A DNA stretch of 58,528 nt, taken from the NCBI GenBank assembly GCA_903824965.1, contig CAIJYR010000110.1:1-58528 (forward strand), written 5' to 3'. The DNA comes from an uncultured Thiotrichales bacterium (GTDB lineage: Bacteria > Pseudomonadota > Gammaproteobacteria > CAIRSR01). Positions 15,301 to 23,309 of the stretch are shown here, piece after piece (position 1 is the stretch's first letter; each line of letters starts with the position of its first letter). Both the position numbers and the translations under genes were made by a program. Below the pieces are notes generated by a model. It did no database searches. It had not been told where the DNA came from and worked only from the letters and a program-made list of their open reading frames with translations.

Positions 15301-17657
15301 GGCTTTTGTGGGATGAGCCCTTCGTTGCCTATCTGAAGCGGATGCGTGGGGTGCTTCTACAGGGGTACCAGCACCAGGATTACCCCTTTGCACGTCTCAT
15401 GGAAAAACTCGTCCTGCCCCGTGATGGTCGTCAGGCACCGCTTGTGTCGGTGATTTTTAACCTGGATCGGCCTGGGGCTGCGCCTGCGTTTGGGGATCTC
15501 GCGGTGCGTTGGTTGTCGCTCCCGATTCAGCATACCGCTTTCGATCTCGTGATGAACCTGACCGAACTCGGGGACGATCTTGCCCTAGAGTGTGACTACA
15601 ACGGTGATCGGTTCGATCTCGCCACCATCGAGCGTCTGATCGACCACTTCCAGACGATGATGGTGGGCGTCGTTGCAGACCCAAAACGTCCCTGCGCCCA
15701 ACAGCCTCTCTTGGACGAAGCGACTTGGCGGCGTTGGTTGATCGACTGGAACCAATCCGACCATCCCTACCAACCCGATCAGGGGGTTGCCGAGCGTTTT
15801 GCCACACAGGTCGAGGCAACGCCAGAAGCCATTGCGGTGCGCTGGTTTGAAGGTCGGTTGACGTACCATGCCCTGAACCGTGCGGCGAATCACCTCGCCC
15901 ATGCGCTACGGGCACAGGGGGTATCCAAGAACCGCATCGTTGCCATTGGTTTGCAGCGTTCTCCCTCGCTCATCGTGGCTATCCTTGCCACCTTGAAGGC
16001 AGGGGGTGCCTATTTGCCCCTTGATCCAGACTATCCACCGGCGCGGATCGCATTCATGCTGGAAGATGCAAAACCCTCCGTGCTGTTGACGGAAACCGCG
16101 ATCGCCGAACACCTGCCGATCATTCCGGGAACCGTGCGCTGGTTGCTGGATGCCGAGGGAGTACCACGAGATTTTCCGACGACCAATCCAGAGATCCAAA
16201 GCAACGCCGACGATCTCGCGTACGTCCTCTATACGTCTGGTTCCACCGGACAACCCAAGGGAACGATGATCACCCAGCGCGGCATGATCAATTATCTTAA
16301 CTGGGCCATAGAGTACTACCGGACGCGGGAAGGGGCCGGATCACCGCTGCATTCTTCGATTGGATTTGATGCCACGATCACGAGTCTTTTCACGCCGCTC
16401 TTGTCGGGGCGTACCCTGCACTTGTTGCCGCACACTGGCGAAGAGATCGAAAACATCCGCATTGCCCTCCAAGGCACCGATGGCAAAGGCCAAGACTGGT
16501 CTTTGGTGAAGCTCACGCCCGCCCATCTCGATCTCATGAACGTGATGATTCCAGGGCCGGAGCTTGCGGGTCTCACGCGCTATTTGGTGCTGGGTGGGGA
16601 TGCCATGTTGGGGCGCACGGTTGCACCGTGGCGTGCGTCGGCACCCGACACCCACATCATCAATGAATATGGCCCCACCGAGACCGTGGTGGGGTGTGCG
16701 ATTTACGATGATCGGCGGGTTGCGCCGTCCGAAGAAGCGGTGCCCATCGGTCGGCCCATCTGGAACACCCGCCTGTATGTGCTGGATGCACGGCGTCAGC
16801 CGGTGCCCATGGGCGTCCCTGGAGAGCTGTACATTGGGGGGGATGGCGTTGCGATTGGTTATCTGAACCGCCCTGAATTGACCGCAGAGCGATTTATTGA
16901 CGTTCACACGACGGGCCTCATGGAAGGGCCGTCTCCCGTTCCTCTCGGGAGACTCTACCGCACGGGCGATCGGGTGCGCCTACAGCCGGATGGCGAACTT
17001 GTGTACCTTGGTCGCTATGACAACCAGATTAAATTACGCGGATATCGTATCGAACTCGATGAGATTCAGGCGGCCTTGATCGCGCTCCCTGACATCCGCG
17101 AGGCCGTGGTGGTTGTGATCGGCAGCACTGACCACGATCGACGACTCGGTGCCTATCTAGTGTTGAACGAGGGCGTAGCGCCGCAGGTCAGTGCGTGGCG
17201 TGCTACACTGAGCGAACGCTTGCCGGATCACATGATCCCTTCTCATTTCGTCGTGCTTGAACAACTGCCCCTAACCGCCAATGGCAAGGTGGATCGTAAG
17301 GCGCTGCCTTCTTTGGCGAGTGTGGGTCAGGGGGTATCACCGCTGCAATCCCCCCGCAACGACACAGAACGGCGGATCGCTGCCATTTGGTGCGAATTGT
17401 TGCAACGTTCTGCGGTGGGGGTTGATGACAATTTCTTTGAGATTGGTGGACACTCGTTGATGGTGCTGCCTCTCAGAGAACGGTTGCTGTCTGAGTTTTC
17501 GCGTCCTTTGTCGCCGGTGGATCTGTTTCGCTATCCGACGGTTGCGAGCCTTGCGCAGTTCCTGTCGGCATCGAGCGATGTGCAGAATAACAGCGCGGTC
17601 GCGAGTGGCCGTAAGCGACGCGACAGTGCTGCACGACGCCAGGCGTTGGGCTTTTGA
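12330..17657 (+). CDS. hybrid NRPS: carrier - class III (GSA-type) aminotransferase - condensation - adenylation - PCP
   Basis: 1775 aa from ATG 12330 (TTG 12327 in the track). Motifs are the carrier [34 protein letters not shown] and [12 protein letters not shown] (PLP Lys), and C-domain [9 protein letters not shown]. A-domain cores are [37 protein letters not shown], YRTGD and [10 protein letters not shown]. The PCP motif is [11 protein letters not shown]. Confidence 0.95.
   Translation: [1775 protein letters not shown]
12348..12581 (+). other. N-terminal carrier (ACP/PCP) domain of the NRPS (approximate)
   Basis: The [13 protein letters not shown] motif has its phosphopantetheine Ser codon at 12465-12467. 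A Pro/Ala/Thr-rich linker of about 160 aa follows (about 12590-13060). Confidence 0.8.
13070..14410 (+). other. in-line PLP-dependent aminotransferase (AMT) domain (approximate)
   Basis: Class III aminotransferase signatures: [21 protein letters not shown], [26 protein letters not shown] and [12 protein letters not shown] (Lys codon about 13919-13921). Confidence 0.85.
14430..15720 (+). other. condensation (C) domain (approximate)
   Basis: HHxxxDG is present as HHIVIDG at 14820-14840, flanked by C1-like [10 protein letters not shown] and downstream C-domain cores. Confidence 0.85.
15790..17310 (+). other. adenylation (A) domain (approximate)
   Basis: A3 [11 protein letters not shown] lies at about 16230-16262, with A4 FDATITS, A5 NEYGPTE, A7 YRTGD, A8 [16 protein letters not shown] and A10 NGKVDRKAL (17281-17310). 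Substrate code not determined. Confidence 0.9.
17355..17570 (+). other. PCP domain (approximate)
   Basis: [13 protein letters not shown], with the Ser codon at about 17453-17455. Confidence 0.85.
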
Positions 17658-17705
17658 TTGTAGGGTTAAAGCCCTTCCATTGGGTTTTTATTGGGCTTTT
17701 ATTGG

Positions 17706-17782
17706 GATTCTGACTTTAGGAGTAAACCCCTTCCCCTCCAGGGGGAAGGAGCTGGGGGAGGCAGGGTGATTTGGTCTTGATC
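17706..17782 (+). repeat. REP/MITE-like element R4 (subfamily CCCCTTCCCC)
   Basis: GATTCTGACTTTAGGAGTAAACCCCTTCCCCTCCAGGGGGAAGGAGCTGGGGGAGGCAGGGTGATTTGGTCTTGATC. It lies in the NRPS-PKS intergenic region. Confidence 0.85.
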
Positions 17783-17854
17783 TTTAAGAATTTTGATCTT
17801 TAAAGAGTCTTGGAGCTTGGTAATGTCTAAGATAAAAGATGTTATCAAGCCATC

Positions 17855-17933
17855 CAAGACAAATCAGAACAAGCCCCCACCCATCCCCAACCCCTCCACG
17901 GAGGGGCTATGCCTAGAGTCAAAAACTCAAATC
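17855..17933 (-). repeat. REP/MITE-like element R5 (inverted; head-to-head partner of R4)
   Basis: CAAGACAAATCAGAACAAGCCCCCACCCATCCCCAACCCCTCCACGGAGGGGCTATGCCTAGAGTCAAAAACTCAAATC. Confidence 0.75.
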
Positions 17934-17982
17934 TTTTTGACTAGCACAGGAAACGCAACATGTTGTACACAATGGTGTAAAA

Positions 17983-20900
17983 ATGCCTACAACGAACGAT
18001 GACTGCGCTGCAACGGCTGGAATTGCCATTGTTGGTATGCATGTACGAGTTCCTGGTGCTACGAGTCTTGCACAATTCTGGTCGAATCTGCGCGACGGGG
18101 TCGAATCGATTACCTTTTTTAGCGATGAAGAATTGCGTACTGCCGGAGTCGATGAAGCTACCCTGGCCAATCCCGATTACGTCAAGGCTCTCGGTCGCTT
18201 GACGGGCATTGACCTGTTCGATGCTGCGTTTTTCAACCTAACACCCCGCGAAGCAGAGATCCTCGATCCACAACACCGTCTGTTGTTAGAAGGCGTTTGG
18301 CGTGCATTGGAACACGCTGCCATTGATCCAGAGCGTTATCCAGGACGGATCGGCTTGTTCGGTGGTGTCGGTCTGAACGGGTATTTGTTGCACAATCTCA
18401 TAAGCCACCCCGAATTGCTCGAAAGCGTCGGTGGCTGGCACTTGACCCTCAGCAACGACAAAGATTTTGCGACCACCCGCGTTGCCTACAAGCTCAACCT
18501 GCAAGGCCCAGCGATCACGATGAACACGGCGTGCTCGACGTCGCTCGTCGCAACCGTGATGGCGGCCCAAAGTCTGCTGAGCCACCAGTGTGATGTCGTA
18601 GTCGCTGGAGGTTGTTCCCTTCATTTGCCCCAAGATCAAGGCTATTTTTATACCCAAGGTGGAACACTGTCACCAGATGGTCATTGTCGCCCCTTCGACA
18701 GCCACGCCGCAGGAACCATCGATGGCAACGGCTGTGCCTTGGTGGTACTGAAGCGTTTGCAGGACGCCATCGAAGAAGGCGATACCATCCATGGTGTGAT
18801 TCGCGGTTTCGCCATCAACAACGATGGGTCGTTGAAGGTCGGATACAGTGCGCCAAGCGTTGCGGGACAAGCTGAGGTCATTCTGGAGGCGATGGAGATC
18901 GCGGGCATCACCGCCGACGCCATCGACTACGTAGAGACCCACGGTACCGCAACCGATCTCGGCGATTCCGTGGAGATCGCAGCCCTGACCGAAGCCTTTC
19001 GCACGAGCAGCCAGCGTGTGGGCCACTGTGCCATCGGGTCTCTCAAGAGCAACGTCGGACACCTCGACACGGCCGCCGGTGTTGCAAGCCTCATCAAGAC
19101 CGTCTTGGCGATGAACGCAGGAGAAATTCCGCCGACGTGTCATTTTCAGGCACCCAATCCAAAACTCGGACTTCCAGAAAGTCCCTTTTTCGTCAACGCG
19201 ACACGGATCCCCTGGCCGAAGCGTACCGGATCACTGCGTCGTGCGGGGGTCAGTTCGTTTGGCATCGGTGGCACCAATGCCCACGTCATTGTCGAAGAAG
19301 CCCCCCCTGCGAAAGCGTCTCGCATGGGGCGGCCGTGGGTGTTGCTGCCTCTGGCGGCCAAAACCCGAGAAGCCTTGGCACAGATGGGCACCGAACTCGC
19401 CGATCACCTCGATGCCCACCCTGCACAATCGCTTACCGACATTGCCCACACACTACAAGTGGGTCGACGTCATTTTCCGTGGCGGCGAATCCTGGTGGTG
19501 GCCGCCGATGATCACGCAAGTGCGAGTGCACAGCTTCGCGATCGGGATGTGGGTGTGCAGGGACAGACACCGACAGGCAGCGTTGCCCCGATTTTCTTGT
19601 TGCCAGGCCAAGATGCCCACTGCGCTAACATGGCGCTTGCACTCTACCGCGATGAGCCGCGCTTCCGCGCCACCCTAGAAGAGTGCCAAGCATGGTTATC
19701 GACCCATCATGGGATCGATCTGCGATCGCTTTTGTATGCCGAGTCGCCAAGCCACCTATCGGGCTTGGATCCCCTGCCGTTGTACGTCGTGAATGTTGCG
19801 CTTGCACAGCTTTGGTTGTCTTGGGGGGTGGTGCCACGCGCATTGGTCGGGTATAGCCTGGGCGAGTATGTTGCAGCAACCTTGGCAGGTGTCGTGACGT
19901 TGCACGAGGGTCTTGCGATCGCGGTTGCGGCCCGCCAGTTATTACAAACGCTCAAACCAGGACGCATGATCGCAGTGTGGTGCTCAGCCTCTGAATTGCA
20001 ACCACGCCTCCCCCCAAATACTTACCTAGCCATGGTGATCGGCCCTCAGCAGGTGGTTGCCGCCGGCACCGAAGAGGCGATCGCAACCCTGATCGAACAA
20101 CTCAAAGCGGTCGCACTACAGTGGCAACCTGTACCGTTGACGTTACCGTTCCACACGCCGCTGATGGAACCGTTTTTGGCACCGTTTGCCAAAGTGTTGC
20201 GTGAAATCCGTTTTCAGGAACCCAAGATTCCCTACCTTTGTTCCGTGACGGGCCACTGGATCACAGCGTCAGAAGCGACGGATCCAAGCCATTACCTGCG
20301 ATTGGCCACCACCACGGTACGCTTGGATCGCATGTTGGAGCGCCTGTTTGCGGATCTCGGTGCCGCCAACGATGGGGTATTGTTGGAGGTCGGACCGAGT
20401 CAGGTGTTGACCGCGCTGGTCTCGCGGCATCCGCAACGTCCTGCTGATTTGGCGGTGTTCTCTTCGCTGCCTGATCCACGCCATGCGGTGGTGGGGGGCG
20501 ATCAGGCGCACCTGTTGGGTACTGCAGGGCGTTTGTGGATTGCTGGGGTTGCCTTAGATTGGTCGGCGCTTGCGGATTCAGAGCGTTGTGTCGCGATCCC
20601 AGGGCACCCTCTGACGCCACAACGCTTCTGGATCGATCCCGTGCCTGTGCGTGTTGCCGACACCGAGGAAGTCTCAGACACCGCACCCGTACACAAAGAA
20701 CCAGACATCGGGCGTTGGTTTTATGTGCCTGGCTTTCGACGATTGCCACCCGCACGGGCGGTTCTGACCCCAGGCAGCCGTTGGTTGATCATTTATGATG
20801 CTGCAGGGTTGGCGAAGCGTTTGACCGTGGCTCTCCAAGCCGCGAATACAGAGGTGGTAGCGGTCTTTCCTTCCACAGGGCCACTGCAGGGATCGATGGC

Positions 20901-22524
20901 AGCGGGGTATTGCCTAGATTGTGCCGATCCAAACGCTGTACAGGCACTCTTCACGGCCCTTGGGGACTGGCGGCCCCAGCAGATCGTTCATCTTGCGCTT
21001 TACCAATCCACTCTATTCCCAGGCTCTCCAGGCACTCCAGGCGCTCTCGCGTTTGATGCCATGGTGGCGTTGGCATCTGCCATGGGTAAACACTATTTTA
21101 GTGATGAAATAACGCTGACCCTGGTGGCCGATCGACTGTGCGCGGTCGATAGCGCAAACACGCCCGATGCGGCCAAGGCAACCGCCCTTGGGCCTCTACG
21201 GGTGATGGCGCAAGAATACCCGAACCTTGCAACGCGGATGATTGACCTCGATGGCGCACCCCGTCTCTCTGTGCTGGTTGCAGAACTCGCGGAAGAGGCT
21301 GCACCGCGCACGGTGGCCTTGCGAGGCACCATCCGCTTGCGTGAATCGTTTGAACCGTCCCCCCTGCCAGTGGTGAGCGGGATTCCGGCGCGGTTGCGTC
21401 AGGACGGCGTTTATCTGATCACGGGGGGATTGGGCAACATTGGCCTTGCGTTGGCGCACTACTTCGCCAAGACGCTTGCGGCCAAACTGGTGTTGGTGTC
21501 GCGTACCCCCCTGCCAGCGCGATCGACCTGGTTGGAGCATCTGGCCAATCCCACGACCCCTCTGCGTTTGTCTAATCAGTTGCGCCGCTTGTTGTCCATC
21601 GAGGCGGCGGGTGGTGAGTTGCTGATCTGCAGCGCAGATGTTGCGGAAGAATCTGCGATGGGTGGCGTGTTGGTGGAGGCTGAGCAACGGTTTGGCACCT
21701 TGCATGGGGTGATCCATGCTGCGGGATTGGTGGGCGAGGATTCGTTTGTGACCCTGGGCGATGCGTGCAACGAAGTGGGTCTATTGGCCAATCGGCGGCA
21801 ATTTCCATCCAAAGTCAATGGTATTGAAGTGTTGGCCTCCCTTCTTGCGGGGCGTGCGTTTGATTTTTGTTTGGTGTGTTCGTCGCTTTCGCCGATGCTC
21901 GGAGGACTTGGTTTCGCGGCATATGCGGCCACGAACCTCTACGTGGATGCGCGTATCGAACAACTCAATCTTGCGCAGCCAGGACAGTGGCTTGCGGTCA
22001 ACTGGGAAGGGTGGATGTTTGAAGCACCCGATCAACCTCCGGATCAACCCAAGGGTATGGCGAGTGCGCTGGAGCTTGGGATGACCGCCACCGAGGGTTG
22101 CGAGGCATTCGCTCGTTTGATGGAATGGCCTTCGTTGGAACGGATCATCCTTTCAAGCGGGGATTTGCAGAGGCGTCTTGCGCAATGGGTGGAGCGCAAA
22201 CCCAAAACAACGTCCACCAAGAGCGGTCATGCACGCTCAGAACTGCTCGGCGAGTGTGTCGCCCCCCGCAACGCCACAGAACGCGAGCTTACAACCCTCT
22301 GGGAGCAACTCCTTGGGATTGATGGCATTGGTGTAGAGGATAGTTTTTTTGAACTAGGGGGCAATTCACTGCTCTTAACGCAATTGGTGGCCATGATGCG
22401 CAGAACGTTCCGCGTCGAGTTGGCGCTGGGTGCGTTGTTTGGACAACCGACGGTAGCCGCCATTGCCGCTTTGATTGATCGGGCGACCAATGGGGAGGAA
22501 GAGCGAGACGAGGGGTTTTTGTAA
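17983..22524 (+). CDS. type I polyketide synthase module: KS - AT - (structural/psi-KR region) - KR - carrier
   Basis: 1513 aa. KS motifs are MNTACSTSLVA, VETHGTATDLGD and NVGHLDTAAG. AT motifs are LLPGQDAHCANM, VGYSLGEYVAA and LPFHTPLM. KR motifs are the Rossmann stretch GVYLITGGLGNIGLALA and ...AAYAATNLYVDA. The carrier motif is FFELGGNSLLLTQL. No DH (HxxxGxxxxP), ER or TE was recognised. Confidence 0.95.
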   Translation: MPTTNDDCAATAGIAIVGMHVRVPGATSLAQFWSNLRDGVESITFFSDEELRTAGVDEATLANPDYVKALGRLTGIDLFDAAFFNLTPREAEILDPQHRLLLEGVWRALEHAAIDPERYPGRIGLFGGVGLNGYLLHNLISHPELLESVGGWHLTLSNDKDFATTRVAYKLNLQGPAITMNTACSTSLVATVMAAQSLLSHQCDVVVAGGCSLHLPQDQGYFYTQGGTLSPDGHCRPFDSHAAGTIDGNGCALVVLKRLQDAIEEGDTIHGVIRGFAINNDGSLKVGYSAPSVAGQAEVILEAMEIAGITADAIDYVETHGTATDLGDSVEIAALTEAFRTSSQRVGHCAIGSLKSNVGHLDTAAGVASLIKTVLAMNAGEIPPTCHFQAPNPKLGLPESPFFVNATRIPWPKRTGSLRRAGVSSFGIGGTNAHVIVEEAPPAKASRMGRPWVLLPLAAKTREALAQMGTELADHLDAHPAQSLTDIAHTLQVGRRHFPWRRILVVAADDHASASAQLRDRDVGVQGQTPTGSVAPIFLLPGQDAHCANMALALYRDEPRFRATLEECQAWLSTHHGIDLRSLLYAESPSHLSGLDPLPLYVVNVALAQLWLSWGVVPRALVGYSLGEYVAATLAGVVTLHEGLAIAVAARQLLQTLKPGRMIAVWCSASELQPRLPPNTYLAMVIGPQQVVAAGTEEAIATLIEQLKAVALQWQPVPLTLPFHTPLMEPFLAPFAKVLREIRFQEPKIPYLCSVTGHWITASEATDPSHYLRLATTTVRLDRMLERLFADLGAANDGVLLEVGPSQVLTALVSRHPQRPADLAVFSSLPDPRHAVVGGDQAHLLGTAGRLWIAGVALDWSALADSERCVAIPGHPLTPQRFWIDPVPVRVADTEEVSDTAPVHKEPDIGRWFYVPGFRRLPPARAVLTPGSRWLIIYDAAGLAKRLTVALQAANTEVVAVFPSTGPLQGSMAAGYCLDCADPNAVQALFTALGDWRPQQIVHLALYQSTLFPGSPGTPGALAFDAMVALASAMGKHYFSDEITLTLVADRLCAVDSANTPDAAKATALGPLRVMAQEYPNLATRMIDLDGAPRLSVLVAELAEEAAPRTVALRGTIRLRESFEPSPLPVVSGIPARLRQDGVYLITGGLGNIGLALAHYFAKTLAAKLVLVSRTPLPARSTWLEHLANPTTPLRLSNQLRRLLSIEAAGGELLICSADVAEESAMGGVLVEAEQRFGTLHGVIHAAGLVGEDSFVTLGDACNEVGLLANRRQFPSKVNGIEVLASLLAGRAFDFCLVCSSLSPMLGGLGFAAYAATNLYVDARIEQLNLAQPGQWLAVNWEGWMFEAPDQPPDQPKGMASALELGMTATEGCEAFARLMEWPSLERIILSSGDLQRRLAQWVERKPKTTSTKSGHARSELLGECVAPRNATERELTTLWEQLLGIDGIGVEDSFFELGGNSLLLTQLVAMMRRTFRVELALGALFGQPTVAAIAALIDRATNGEEERDEGFL
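18020..19300 (+). other. ketosynthase domain (approximate)
   Basis: The active-site Cys is in TACSTS (about 18531-18533). His residues lie in HGTAT (about 18939-18953) and NVGH (about 19050). The domain ends at GGTNAHVIVEEAP. Confidence 0.9.
19585..20520 (+). other. acyltransferase domain with non-canonical motifs (approximate)
   Basis: The active-site pentapeptide is GYSLG (19849-19863, Ser 19855-19857) instead of GHSxG. GQDAH replaces GQGSQ. LPFH occupies the HAFH/YASH specificity position. Confidence 0.8.
21400..21990 (+). other. ketoreductase domain (approximate)
   Basis: The NADPH-binding motif is TGGLGNIG. A catalytic-region Tyr lies in AAYAATNLY (about 21920-21945). Confidence 0.8.
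22255..22470 (+). other. C-terminal carrier domain, PCP-like sequence (approximate)
   Basis: EDSFFELGGNSLLLTQLV, with the Ser codon at about 22365-22367. The protein ends 18 aa after the domain, so no release domain is present. Confidence 0.85.
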
Positions 22525-22686
22525 TCTATTATTCACACGCTTGCTGTACGTTATACCAGTCGTGTTTTGTGTGATTGTGGACATGGACAAACGGGACTGC
22601 TTTGTTGTATTCTGTCTAATGTATTTGTGTGATCACAGCCTGGTGTTCGTTGCGTGTACTACTACAGTTTTATAGGGGTATGAAGA

Positions 22687-23208
22687 ATGACTGAAGTTCA
22701 AAACCAAGATTCAAAGCGCCAAGAAGCCGATACCATTGTTCGCAACTATGCGATTGGTTCGATGGTTCCTAGCCTGTTGCCCGTGCCCATGCTGGATCTG
22801 GCCGTGGTGACCGGAGTTCAGTTGAAAATGCTGCACAGCCTGACCCAGATCTACGGAGTTCCTTTCAAAAAGGATCTGGCCCGTTCTGCGATGGCATCGC
22901 TCTTGGGCGGTACGGTGGCGTTGTCTTTGGCTCGTGTGACCTCTAGTGCCATCAAGGCGGTGCCGGTCGTTGGTTCGCTGATCGGTGCCTTCAGTATGCC
23001 TGTGGTCAACGGTGCGTCTACCTATGCCATTGGTAAAGTATTTGAACAGCATTTTGAGACGGGTGGCACGCTTCTGACTTTTGATCCAGTTCAGATGCGC
23101 GAGTATTTCAAGCAGCAGTTTGAAGAAGGCAAGAAGATTGTCTCGGCTGCGCAGGAAGCAAGTAAGGCGCCTGCTGCTGAACCCGCGAAAGCCGCCGTCA
23201 AGATGTAA
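22687..23208 (+). CDS. DUF697 (YcjF-like) domain membrane-associated protein
   Basis: ADTIVRNYAIGSMVPSLLPVPMLDLAVVTGVQLKMLHSLTQIYGVPF...AVPVVGSLIGAFSMPVVNGASTYAIGKVFEQHF matches the DUF697 pattern. The C-terminal tail is charged and Ala-rich. Confidence 0.65.
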   Translation: MTEVQNQDSKRQEADTIVRNYAIGSMVPSLLPVPMLDLAVVTGVQLKMLHSLTQIYGVPFKKDLARSAMASLLGGTVALSLARVTSSAIKAVPVVGSLIGAFSMPVVNGASTYAIGKVFEQHFETGGTLLTFDPVQMREYFKQQFEEGKKIVSAAQEASKAPAAEPAKAAVKM

Positions 23209-23230
23209 TATTGTTAGGCGATTGTTCGAC

Positions 23231-23278
23231 AGGGCCTTCCCAATAGGGGAAGACCCTGTACGGGTCGTTATTTTTGCT
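23231..23278 (+). terminator. possible rho-independent terminator
   Basis: An imperfect hairpin GGGCCTTCCC-AATA-GGGGAAGACCC is followed within about 15 nt by TTATTTTTG. Confidence 0.4.
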
Positions 23279-23309
23279 TTGAATCATCGCCTGTTGCAAC
23301 AATAATCGC

